Part shown: one piece after another, positions 17,241 through 26,208 of the stretch
Layout: the number at the start of each line of letters is the position of its first letter
How positions within the stretch are numbered: the first letter of the stretch is position 1
Assembly (NCBI GenBank): GCA_050250255.1
Contig: JBFWOZ010000021.1
Location: 1-51,582 of the forward strand
Source of the DNA: Bdellovibrionales bacterium
GTDB lineage: Bacteria; Bdellovibrionota; Bdellovibrionia; Bdellovibrionales; DASUEL01
Direction of reading: 5' to 3'
DNA length: 51,582 bases
The notes under the pieces: generated by a model
What the model saw: only the letters and a program-made list of their open reading frames with translations
Database searches by the model: none
What the model was told of the DNA's origin: nothing
Translations under genes and position numbers: made by a program

Positions 17241-17312
17241 TTGATTTCTCCTATACATTGCTGACTACTCATTGAATGTTCGTACGTGAACACTCTATAA
17301 GATCTTTTCATT

Positions 17313-17328
17313 TGCAAGGTACACGCCA
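17313..17328 (-). promoter_or_regulatory. Sigma54 (-24/-12) promoter
   Basis: Minus strand TGGCGT-GTACC-TTGCA upstream of the FMN reductase gene. Confidence 0.6.
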
Positions 17329-17463
17329 CAATTCTGGAACAGCACGAGACAACACTGCCGCACCGCAAACCGAACTCCTCTCACCCGTTTCCCTTATTTC
17401 AAGACGAAGATAACATAAAGAAATCGCTTCAGCGCTTCTGGCTAGCAGCACTTGCTTTTAATC

Positions 17464-17868
17464 CTACTTCCATTTTCTATCTGCAGACCAAGCTCCCGCA
17501 CCATTAAGAAATAGAAAAATGGAGCCTAGTAGCATAGCAAAGTCAGTTCTTGAGTCATGAGCCATTTTCCAAAAACCTGATTCAATAAAGATTGGAATCT
17601 TTGTACTCATAACCGCTACCAACATAATAATGATTAAGGGAATCACAGCGAGTCGTGTCACCAAACCTATTAGCACAAGGCTTCCACATAAAATTTCGAA
17701 AGTCCCGACAAATGGCCCGAGAAATTCTGGAGATGGGAGTCCAATCTTTGCAAAGCGACCGCTCCCAATGGATTCCGCAAACAAGAACTTCTGAATTCCT
17801 TCAGAAACAAACACACATCCTACTATTAGTCGAATGAGGATAAAAGTTCGGTTGTTTTCAGTGTTCAA
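17464..17868 (-). CDS. DoxX family membrane protein (natural start probably ATG 17890, separated by a +1 frameshift in an A8 run)
   Basis: RLIVGCVFVSEGIQKF, GRFAKIGLP, E-I-L-C-G, R-T-D and GAG-x-W-S-x-D motifs. Confidence 0.9.
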   Translation of the reverse strand: MNTENNRTFILIRLIVGCVFVSEGIQKFLFAESIGSGRFAKIGLPSPEFLGPFVGTFEILCGSLVLIGLVTRLAVIPLIIIMLVAVMSTKIPIFIESGFWKMAHDSRTDFAMLLGSIFLFLNGAGAWSADRKWK

Positions 17869-18165
17869 AATTTTTTTTAAAAAGTCTCATTTTCTTTAGC
17901 CCCTTGCTTTGCCTTGCTACATCCACTTTTTATCACGTTTCAAGACTTCTTTGACGCGAAATTTTGCGATTTTAAGAATAAGTTCCCTTGGGTTTGTCAT
18001 AGGGATTTTCTTTTTCATAAACCCATTTTATGCAAAAAAAGCTCGCAACTACACAGCCCAAAAACAGTCGCTACTGAGATTTGCTTGACTCGTATCACCG
18101 GAAGTCACGTACCAAATTTCAACTTTCTAACATTCGTTTTTTTAATCTTATAAAAAGAGGCACTT

Positions 18166-18210
18166 ATGAAAACATTGGCATTTATTTTAGGCTTGGCCAC
18201 ATCGGTCTGA
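18166..18210 (+). pseudogene. Remnant of a secreted-protein gene (signal-peptide stub)
   Basis: AAGAGG SD then MKTLAFILGLATSV*; reads like the first 14 residues of a Sec signal peptide. Confidence 0.35.
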
Positions 18211-18259
18211 GGAGGAACTCACCTACATTTACTCCCAACATAAACAAGCTACTGTTTTG

Positions 18260-18886
18260 TTAAGTTGCCGAAGAGAGAAGAACAACATGACGTTCGACAT
18301 CTAGCACGGGAGATTTTAAAGGCTCAATACGCACTTTTAAGTCTTTAAACTTCTTCTGCGCCAAAGAGAGTTCCTCGTCGATTTTTTCTTTACGCGCTTT
18401 GAGTAGAAAATATTCTCCACCTTTTTTATAATAACTACGGCTAACATCAAGAATCACGTCGATAGGCTTAAAGGCCCGAGCTGTGACCAAATCCACATTT
18501 CCTAGTTCAAGCGGAATATCTCCGTTGATAATTAAATTGGGAGCGATCTCTTTACAGCGATTCAAAAAACCTTGCTTCATTTTGCTTTTCTCAAAAAGCT
18601 CGAACCTCATCTTAGGAAACTGGATCGCAAAAATCACTCCCGGTAGTCCCCCGCCAGATCCGAAGTCGGCCACTCTTTTAACGTTTTTTGGAAACTGAGA
18701 AAGTGCCAAAAGACAATCAATTACATGGTTATCAATGAGTTCTTCAAAGGTCATTTTACGGCTGATCAGATTGAACTCTTCATTCGCGGCCCAGAGTAGC
18801 TCAATATATTTTTTAAGTTGAGGAAGCCGAGCCTCATGAAACCCTAGATCTAAAAACAAAGCTGTACGTTTTTCAAAATACTTCAC
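18260..18886 (-). CDS. rsmG: 16S rRNA (guanine(527)-N7)-methyltransferase
   Basis: N-x-x-F-N-L-I-S, H-V-I-D-C, DFGSGGGLPG and VTARAF. Confidence 0.93.
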   Translation of the reverse strand: MKYFEKRTALFLDLGFHEARLPQLKKYIELLWAANEEFNLISRKMTFEELIDNHVIDCLLALSQFPKNVKRVADFGSGGGLPGVIFAIQFPKMRFELFEKSKMKQGFLNRCKEIAPNLIINGDIPLELGNVDLVTARAFKPIDVILDVSRSYYKKGGEYFLLKARKEKIDEELSLAQKKFKDLKVRIEPLKSPVLDVERHVVLLSSAT

Positions 18887-18960
18887 TACACATCCTTCTC
18901 ATACTTATGGCTCATCCCTTCACATAAATAAAATATCATTTGTCTTGTGAGGAGTACAAC

Positions 18961-19111
18961 AGGAAGTCAGAATTTATGATGGCTGAATCAAGAGAGTTAG
19001 TCTTCAACTCACTCGTGTTATGAATGAACGACTTCTGCCTCCAAGGCCTTTGCCCAGGAACATACGCCGTTTTTTCCAGAGTTCCGTGCTCGAAAAAGAA
19101 CGGCGTATGTT
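18961..19111 (+). ncRNA. Putative structured non-coding element (two long hairpins)
   Basis: Nested helices gaagtc/gacttc, atttatgat/gttatgaat (3 G.U on the + strand) and gagtt/aactc, followed by a perfect 13-bp stem aacatacgccgtt (19059-19071) / aacggcgtatgtt (19099-19111). No known family recognised. Confidence 0.3.
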
Positions 19112-19159
19112 AGATTTAGTGACTCTTTATGCTCGTAGTCCAACGTTTAAAAATATCCC

Positions 19160-19798
19160 TTAAAAACTTCTCAATTTCTTTCGTGCGCCTCCTCTCATCT
19201 GTGGAGATTCGGAAAGAGGCTGATAGAGCAGGATCAGCATGTCTCGTGTTGCTTTCAAAAGCTCGTTCTCGCGCCCAAATGTCGAGACTCCGTGAAAAAT
19301 CGCCGCATCATCAAAATAAATAGAATCCATGGGCGTTTCTAAAATGAGCGTATCTCGCAATTGTTTTCGTAAATCGTAGATATGATTTTCGGCGCCTTTA
19401 ACGTTTTCTCTCGTCATCAAATGGATCGAACCAAAATGGTAACCGTCACGATGAATACCTTCAGGTGCCGGGCGCCCACACTCGCTTCCAGGAGTCGCCT
19501 CAATGCGTATCATATGTGCACTGATTTCGATGGGTTCGCGAATTAACTCTTTTTGAAAAGGCAAAGCAAAAAAACTCTCCACCAAAAGGTTTTGAAAAAA
19601 ATCATTTTGATATTCGCTTGATGTCATTGGCGCAAACTGGCGATGAATATCTCCATAAAGGTCGTCAAATTTTTTAGCTTGAAAAAATGAATCGTGATCG
19701 AAGACCTCAAGACAACGCGAGGTCGGATCAATTAAGAGTCGAGCGTAGCGACGACGTCTTTCCCCTTCTCCGGGAAAGAGATGCGGATCTTCGGGCAT
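19160..19798 (-). CDS. 2OG-Fe(II) dioxygenase family protein (2OG-Fe_Oxy_2/BsmA-like); full gene probably starts at ATG 19943 with a +1 frameshift near 19862-19865
   Basis: R-R-R-Y, HMIRIEA, PAPEGIHRDG (HxD), FHGVS and RDMLIL. Confidence 0.85.
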   Translation of the reverse strand: MPEDPHLFPGEGERRRRYARLLIDPTSRCLEVFDHDSFFQAKKFDDLYGDIHRQFAPMTSSEYQNDFFQNLLVESFFALPFQKELIREPIEISAHMIRIEATPGSECGRPAPEGIHRDGYHFGSIHLMTRENVKGAENHIYDLRKQLRDTLILETPMDSIYFDDAAIFHGVSTFGRENELLKATRDMLILLYQPLSESPQMRGGARKKLRSF

Positions 19799-20042
19799 AT
19801 ACTCATAACAATCCCGAAACCTATTGAGTTTGAAAGAATGTTGAGAACTAAGACCAAAGAGCCCTCCGTTCCATATGTATATAACCTTTTGTTTTTAATG
19901 CTTCGTGTATCTGCTTTTGCTTGGCATCGTTAAGAATGCTCATAAAATCCTCCTTTACTTAAAAAGAGGACTAACAGATAAAAAGAATCGTGAGAAATTC
20001 AAAGTTTTAAGGCAAGCAAGCATTCGCGCTAATACACATATA

Positions 20043-20072
20043 AAAAAGGCAACCTCCCGAGGTTGCCTTTTT
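20043..20072. terminator. Bidirectional Rho-independent terminator
   Basis: aaaaaggcaacct-cccg-aggttgccttttt downstream of the 20100-20576 gene. Confidence 0.85.
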
Positions 20073-20099
20073 CTTTTCAACGATTTCGTAGTGTTTTAA

Positions 20100-20576
20100 T
20101 CACTTTACTTCGTTAAGCTCGCACTGGGCGGTTACATTTTCGCCTTCAACAGCCACTTTCAGTTCGTATTTTCCAGAGTTGAGTGCAAGCTCTTTGAACT
20201 CGTAAGAAATAGTAGCTTCATTAAGAACGTTCGCTTTGATGCTGTAGCAGGTTGTCAAACATCGACCGACGCTTGCGGATGTCACTGTCGTTTCAAAACC
20301 CACTGTGCCAAGTACTCTTTCATTAAATGGATAAGAGTGAGCGACTCGAAAATTCTTTAACTGTGGAGCACCACCACCAGTCTTATTAAAGTTGTCATCA
20401 ATCCAAATAGTCATGGGAATCTGCTGACCGGCCTCTTGCATGACGTACTTACAAATATATTCAAAGTTTTCTGAATGAAGAATGCCAACCACTCCCCCGT
20501 CCAAAGTTTTTCTATCATTAGTCTGAGCGAAAGCGATTTGCGACACCAATGTGAGAACTAAAATAAGCCATTTCAT
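20100..20576 (-). CDS. Secreted hypothetical protein
   Basis: AAGGAG SD; signal peptide ending AFA; 4 Cys. Confidence 0.75.
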   Translation of the reverse strand: MKWLILVLTLVSQIAFAQTNDRKTLDGGVVGILHSENFEYICKYVMQEAGQQIPMTIWIDDNFNKTGGGAPQLKNFRVAHSYPFNERVLGTVGFETTVTSASVGRCLTTCYSIKANVLNEATISYEFKELALNSGKYELKVAVEGENVTAQCELNEVK

Positions 20577-20681
20577 ATTGTCTCCTTAGAGTTAAATTCA
20601 CTCAGGAGTTATATGATATGTTCTTATGATTCTACGGCCAACTCAAAGGAATGTATTTTTTACTTTGACACAAAAGCCAAA

Positions 20682-20710
20682 AAAAAAGCAACTCCGGGAG
20701 TTGCTTTTTT
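20682..20710. terminator. Bidirectional Rho-independent terminator
   Basis: aaaaaagcaactc-cgg-gagttgctttttt downstream of the S41 protease gene. Confidence 0.85.
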
Positions 20711-20736
20711 CGTTTAAAGTGCTTTTGAAAACAACT

Positions 20737-22323
20737 TCATAGCTGTTCAAACAATCGAGCAGTATAGAACGCACGATAGTCATGGTAACCGTAAGTGAAA
20801 TCATCACGTGTTGGAGAGTAATTAAAGTCAGGCACGGCACCGTTATTTTCAACTGGCACGCCGTCTGGTCGATAGAAAAGAGACTTTGTCATCTCAGGAA
20901 CAATACGTGAGTACAGGAGAGCCGGCTGAGCGGTTACGTGACCACCGAGCCCCATAGTTCTTGTACCAACAAGTTTCGCACGCCCTAAACCTTTCGTCAT
21001 TGCAGGAAAAGCATCCCCTCCAGAGCCTGACATTTCATCGATCAATACAATGATCGGCTTTGTGTAATGAATGTCATTGGGTGATCTGAGATCGTTTCCA
21101 TCAATCGCGATTTTCGCTGTCATGAAGTCACCCTTCATCCAAGCCTCACGCACAAGCTTTTGCACTTTCTCAACATTTTTGCGGGCAAGCGTGTTTTCTG
21201 GAACTGAGTTCACCCACTCAGTAAACATCAAGTACTCAGCTTTATTAGCGAGCAATTGAAATTGCATTGCTGGAAAAGGCTTTGACATAAAGAGACTTAC
21301 AATCTGATGAAGATATTCCACCGAACCACCACAGTTGTGATCCTGATCGATTATGAGTCCGACAGTGTTCTTCTCCAAAACCGAGACGGCAAACTCATAC
21401 TGCGCAAAATACTCAGCATAAGCACGGTTCTCTGGAGAATAGTGAGGAATACGTAAGTAACCTACATTCCCTTTTTCTGTTGGATAGTAGTAAGCCACGA
21501 AAGGAGTTTTCATGATCACAGTGGCATTTGCTGGAATCTCAATACGGGTGTCGCCTGAGCAGCGGAAAGAACGCTCTACCTGTGGATTCTCAACCTCTTT
21601 CATCAAACCAAATGTTGAGATCGTATCGTAGTTTTCTTTTGCGGAAACAAGAGAATCACTTTCGTCAATCGCGGTGCCTTCGACCTTCCAAGTGAGTTTT
21701 ACTTCTGAAATCACCGAAGATGTTCCACGTCGAATTTTAAAAGTCACATCTCCAGCAGGAACTGGAAGACGCTTTCCATCTCTCACCGTAAGGGATAAAG
21801 CGGCGGTACGTCTTTCTGATAGAGAGTAACCAAGACCACGGTAAGTTTGTAATTGGTCTAATACGGTCTGAATATCAACACCGTTCATCTCTAGGATTTG
21901 ATCACCTTTAGCAAACGGAAACTGGGTTTCAGTAAGAAGTGAACGGTTAATACGATCAACGAGCACTTTACCTTCTACAAGGTCTGTATCGAAAGGCAAA
22001 GAAGACTTTAGATCTGTTGGGAGATTCGCTCGAAAGTGACCATCATGGAACTCACCAATGTATTGTAGGATTGTATAATAGAACTCTCTATTACTGCGAG
22101 TCGCCGCGATTCTTGGAGCATAAAGATCACGGATTTTCTCAGGAGTGATATCGTACTTTTCTTTTTTGTACTGGAGTGGTCCGTAACCGGCTTTAACAAT
22201 ATTTACGAGCTGATCGAGATCAGCCAATTTTTGTTCTGTCGTTAATGTGTTGATAGCCGCCATTGACAGCGACGAACCAAACACAGCTAAACATAGCGTG
22301 ATAGTGATCAAGAATCGATTCAT
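20737..22323 (-). CDS. Secreted S41-family protease, CPAF-like
   Basis: Signal peptide; YGPL-x-Y-K, FHDGH, PDZ-like segment, VGYLRIP, LIIDQDHNCGGSV, SGSGGDAFP, GTRTMG and ENNGAVPD. Confidence 0.88.
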   Translation of the reverse strand: MNRFLITITLCLAVFGSSLSMAAINTLTTEQKLADLDQLVNIVKAGYGPLQYKKEKYDITPEKIRDLYAPRIAATRSNREFYYTILQYIGEFHDGHFRANLPTDLKSSLPFDTDLVEGKVLVDRINRSLLTETQFPFAKGDQILEMNGVDIQTVLDQLQTYRGLGYSLSERRTAALSLTVRDGKRLPVPAGDVTFKIRRGTSSVISEVKLTWKVEGTAIDESDSLVSAKENYDTISTFGLMKEVENPQVERSFRCSGDTRIEIPANATVIMKTPFVAYYYPTEKGNVGYLRIPHYSPENRAYAEYFAQYEFAVSVLEKNTVGLIIDQDHNCGGSVEYLHQIVSLFMSKPFPAMQFQLLANKAEYLMFTEWVNSVPENTLARKNVEKVQKLVREAWMKGDFMTAKIAIDGNDLRSPNDIHYTKPIIVLIDEMSGSGGDAFPAMTKGLGRAKLVGTRTMGLGGHVTAQPALLYSRIVPEMTKSLFYRPDGVPVENNGAVPDFNYSPTRDDFTYGYHDYRAFYTARLFEQL

Positions 22324-22554
22324 ATCATCCCCTTAAGAGTTTGCGTTTGAATGCTTCTAACAACATTCTTAAAGGGGTGTAAAGTGAATGAGAGAAATCC
22401 AAAGGACCAAGCGCGTTATAAGCAGTTTTAAACATGAACTTAACCGTTTGAAATGAAAAAAAACCTCTTTGGCACCAGTTTTAATCGTTCTCCATTTCCC
22501 TTGCGCTCCTTACTTTTTCATCATATCCCCTTCTCACCTAACAAAGGGGTTATA

Positions 22555-23376
22555 ATGAAAAACATTTTTGCTTTAGTCCTTGTCGTTTTCACATTTACTA
22601 GGGCTCATGCAAACACGAGAGTATTTGGTAGCCTGACATACTTGCAGTCGCCACATATTGAAACCTGCCGGTATGTAGACACACCAACACCAGAAACATA
22701 CATCGTTGAAGCCCTTCTTGATGCAACCTTTGGCTGGAGCTACTCAACGGGAGATAAAAATCTTAATTTTGAACCTATTAACCAATGGTTTTCTCAGCGA
22801 AGCAAAAGCGGAATTGAAAATATCGTTTATGCACCTAGCGCCCCAGGCGGAGATACGTCTGAAGCTTCATACAATCACTTCTATGTTATTACGAAAGATC
22901 CATTCTACATTGACCCGCGTGCGATCAGTTCGAATCCAAAATCGCCTTACATCCCAAATAAGAAAATCTATAAAGCTATCCAGATTTCAAAAAGAACTTA
23001 CTGGCATTCTACTCTCAGTCTCTTAACGACAGAAGAAGTACAGAAGTTAGACATTTCAAAGATGAAAGTACTCAGCAGTGAAGGAAAAAAAATTATCTCA
23101 GCCCTCTTCAACAATGAGGACCTCACTCGTATTATTGGGGTCTCCTACACGACTTGGCGAATGCGCGTGCCTCAGATTCAGTTCACTCATACAGACCATG
23201 GAATAGAAATTGAATTTTCTGTTGCTGAGGAAGCAGGCGGCAGTGGTTTCACTGGCTTTGGCAAGAAAGTCAAAATTCAGAGTAAACCAGGCCCGGCGCA
23301 CATAAATCCTGATCAGTATATTCTAGCGAATCTTACATCTGTATCTGATAACAGATGCACTTTTAAAGGATTCTGA
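22555..23376 (+). CDS. Secreted hypothetical protein
   Basis: AAGGGG SD before ATG 22555; signal peptide MKNIFALVLVVFTFTRAHA. Confidence 0.7.
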   Translation: MKNIFALVLVVFTFTRAHANTRVFGSLTYLQSPHIETCRYVDTPTPETYIVEALLDATFGWSYSTGDKNLNFEPINQWFSQRSKSGIENIVYAPSAPGGDTSEASYNHFYVITKDPFYIDPRAISSNPKSPYIPNKKIYKAIQISKRTYWHSTLSLLTTEEVQKLDISKMKVLSSEGKKIISALFNNEDLTRIIGVSYTTWRMRVPQIQFTHTDHGIEIEFSVAEEAGGSGFTGFGKKVKIQSKPGPAHINPDQYILANLTSVSDNRCTFKGF

Positions 23377-23402
23377 GACTGTCGATTACAAGAAAGGTCT
23401 CA

Positions 23403-23606
23403 ATGAAACGAATATTTCTTTCTCTAACTCTTCTATTGGGGTTCTCTTATATCGTGGAGGCGATCGATTACAAAGCCATTGCCATTGGAACAGATTTTTC
23501 TTTCACCGAAGGTAAGGGAACGAGTAGGATTTGTGGTTTTGATAGCCAGGCGATTCGTTGTTGGAACGCGCAACCTAGCGGAGTCACTATTCTGCCTTGG
23601 AAGTAA
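23403..23606 (+). pseudogene. Short secreted ORF, probably a truncated RCC1-like repeat protein
   Basis: Signal peptide, AIAIG and one I-C-G-x5-I-R-C-W unit, then a stop; 67 aa. Confidence 0.4.
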
Positions 23607-23700
23607 AAATCTTTATCGCGATGTTTTCAAGCTCACTGGGACAAGAAAACTGGACGATAAAGCAGGTATCTATCCATTCACCTTCGTGAAGAGGAATGCG

Positions 23701-25038
23701 CTACATCTCATCCATCACAATAGGGATGTTTGGGAAGGTTTCTCTCATCACTTCGGTCACATCTGGCAAAAGGCTTCCGGCCGGTTGGTAGGTGCCAGAA
23801 TTACGATTAATATAAAGCTGACCATCTGCCGTTTTCCATATTTCACCCGCAAATCGAACATCACGCGAATAGCGAGAAAGTAGCACATGCTTGCTTAATA
23901 CCCAATCCACCAATGACGATTGAATATCAATTTTCATAATAATCATGCGGTCACTTAGCACCACGACATTATATTTATTTGGTGTTACTTCGCTGTGCGT
24001 GGCGAGCATGTCGTAGAGATCTTTTTCTGTCATTCCACCGAAGTGACGATAGCCTTTTGAAAGTTGCGTACGAATCAAGCCCACAATTGTTTCACTAAAT
24101 AACAAATGCTTTTTTACTTTGGTTATAAAGTTTGGTGCCTGTTGAGGAAAAGCATTTAAGCGTTGGGGAAGCTTATTTTCCACTTTGGCTTTATTTAATG
24201 GAATCTCGAATAAGCTGTGAGGTCCCCAAAGATAACGGAGCAGGACACCAAAACTACTAGGCTCCGACACACTGACGTCAAATTTTTCAAGATCACGATT
24301 CTCTACTTCGAGACGAACTGGGACCGATTCTAATTCTGGAGCTTTCGCTCCAGAACGAATCAACATTCCAAATGTGTTTGATACCGCGTTTTTAATCCTT
24401 ACTAAAAAAACGTTGTCCTCAGTTTTCGAAGTGATCGCTTTCTCAATATGTCGACAAGCCGTCATACAGACAGCCTTTTGAATACTTAAGCCCACTTCTT
24501 CCATAAATCCCGGAGTGGTTCTTACAATTTCAAATTCGACGTCTTCACCTTTGTATTTTAAACCGTTAGCAATAAGGTCTCGTAACAATGGGATCGGGAA
24601 GTTATATTGCGTCAGTGATTGACCATTTCCTAAAGTAAAACCAGCTGTTTCCATCACTTTACAATTCGCGTTTACGCAAGTAAACCCGCGGCCACCTTCA
24701 TGTTTTTTGGCAGCTTCCATCAAATCTTCGATCGCTTGCTTTCTAAGAGATGGGAAAGTCACAAGAAGTCCTGATTGAACACGTCCGCGCGTATCCACAA
24801 CCTCAGCATCGCCTCTCCAAAGAGATTTGGCTGCGAATTTTACTGAAGCGTTCGTATCTGTAGGGGCTTCAAGTTTTGGGATTGTTAAATAAACATTCGG
24901 TCGACCAAACCCTAAAAATGGAACGGGTTTCGCAAAAATATCCTGTAGTTGTACCACTCTAAGGGTCGGATCTGATTTGGCGAGATTCTCACGAGTGTTC
25001 GCCGTTACGTCAATGACGACAGTATTTCTGCCCGCCAA
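23701..25038 (-). CDS. Exported protein with C-terminal SKH...AGE...N-S-G-T-Y-x-P domain; natural start probably ATG 25154 with a -1 frameshift at 25068-25074
   Basis: 445-aa ORF; upstream signal-peptide ORF MNRWLLIVGLLFFTSSQVMGESFCGEYLK lies in another frame. Confidence 0.7.
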   Translation of the reverse strand: MAGRNTVVIDVTANTRENLAKSDPTLRVVQLQDIFAKPVPFLGFGRPNVYLTIPKLEAPTDTNASVKFAAKSLWRGDAEVVDTRGRVQSGLLVTFPSLRKQAIEDLMEAAKKHEGGRGFTCVNANCKVMETAGFTLGNGQSLTQYNFPIPLLRDLIANGLKYKGEDVEFEIVRTTPGFMEEVGLSIQKAVCMTACRHIEKAITSKTEDNVFLVRIKNAVSNTFGMLIRSGAKAPELESVPVRLEVENRDLEKFDVSVSEPSSFGVLLRYLWGPHSLFEIPLNKAKVENKLPQRLNAFPQQAPNFITKVKKHLLFSETIVGLIRTQLSKGYRHFGGMTEKDLYDMLATHSEVTPNKYNVVVLSDRMIIMKIDIQSSLVDWVLSKHVLLSRYSRDVRFAGEIWKTADGQLYINRNSGTYQPAGSLLPDVTEVMRETFPNIPIVMDEM

Positions 25039-25326
25039 AGATTCAATTCTTTTAATAGCAATTCCGCTTTTAAATACTCACCGCAAAACGATTCACCCAT
25101 TACCTGAGAGGAGGTAAAAAACAGTAGACCTACTATCAATAACCATCGATTCATATGACCACCCTTCGTTTACGGATTGGACAGGGCCTAAAATGAGCCC
25201 TCAGCCACGTCTCTATTTCGAATAAGTCTTTTAAAAAGCTATTAAATCCAATAAATGCAATTGAAAGACCCATTTTTTAAAGCCTTGTACCTTGACCATC
25301 TCCCCCTCTTCCGACACTCTCGGCGC

Positions 25327-25599
25327 ATGCATTACTTTCGCATTCTGAGCGTTATTGAAGGTCTATCTCTTCTCCTCCTTCTCTTCATAGCGATGCCTAT
25401 AAAATACATTGGCGGAGATCCAAGCTTCGTAAAATTGGTAGGCCCTATTCATGGGTTTTTATTTATTGTTTTTGTTGCCGCTGTACTTTGGATGGCCGAC
25501 AAAAAGGACTGGCCGTTAAAATTCACCCTTCAAGTCATTGCGAGTTCCTCGATTCCCTTTGGAATGATTTGGCTCGAACGTAAACTTAAGAATTCATAA
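25327..25599 (+). CDS. DUF3817 membrane protein
   Basis: [24 protein letters not shown] and SSIPFG. Confidence 0.85.
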   Translation: MHYFRILSVIEGLSLLLLLFIAMPIKYIGGDPSFVKLVGPIHGFLFIVFVAAVLWMADKKDWPLKFTLQVIASSSIPFGMIWLERKLKNS

Positions 25600-25609
25600 G
25601 AGGTTTTTT

Positions 25610-26134
25610 ATGTTTTGCCCATGTGGAACTAATAAAAATTTTGATGATTGCTGCGGTCCCTATTTAAGTGGTGAGAAAATACCGGAGACGGCGGAAGCGC
25701 TTATGCGTTCGCGCTATACGGCTTTTACTCGAGCAGATCTCGTCTACATCGAAAAAACTCTAGCTCCTGAATCTCGCGAAGATTTTGATATCGAAGCCAA
25801 TAAGGAATGGGCCGAGAAAGCCACGTGGAAAAAACTCAACGTCTTAAAAACTGAAAAAGGAACGGCCACTGATAAAAAAGGAACTGTGGAGTTTGTGGCC
25901 ACTTACTCACAAGACGGTCAAGGGATTGATCACCACGAGGTGGCTCATTTTCGTAAAAATGACCGTGGAGAGTGGCTTTTCTGCGAAAGCCATAGTCACA
26001 CTCATAAAGAAGGTGAAGGCCACCACCATCATCACGAAAAACCCGCCACCGTTGTACGTGAAGCTCCAAAAGTTGGACGAAACGATCCCTGCATTTGCGG
26101 AAGCGGCAAAAAATTTAAGAAGTGCTGTGGTTAA
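25610..26134 (+). CDS. ychJ: YchJ/UPF0225 family protein with two SEC-C motifs
   Basis: CPCG...[25 protein letters not shown]-x-A-x-F, His-rich linker and [19 protein letters not shown]. Confidence 0.9.
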   Translation: MFCPCGTNKNFDDCCGPYLSGEKIPETAEALMRSRYTAFTRADLVYIEKTLAPESREDFDIEANKEWAEKATWKKLNVLKTEKGTATDKKGTVEFVATYSQDGQGIDHHEVAHFRKNDRGEWLFCESHSHTHKEGEGHHHHHEKPATVVREAPKVGRNDPCICGSGKKFKKCCG

Positions 26135-26208
26135 GCGTAACAACTTACCCGGTGCGTTTACCCAAGTTAAAGCTTCATTTTCATTTTTAAACCCACTACA
26201 TTTAAGCA

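Noticed and set aside
25985..26036. His-rich linker in YchJ
   Set aside because: Low-complexity His-rich linkers before a SEC-C motif are not enough to claim a new function.
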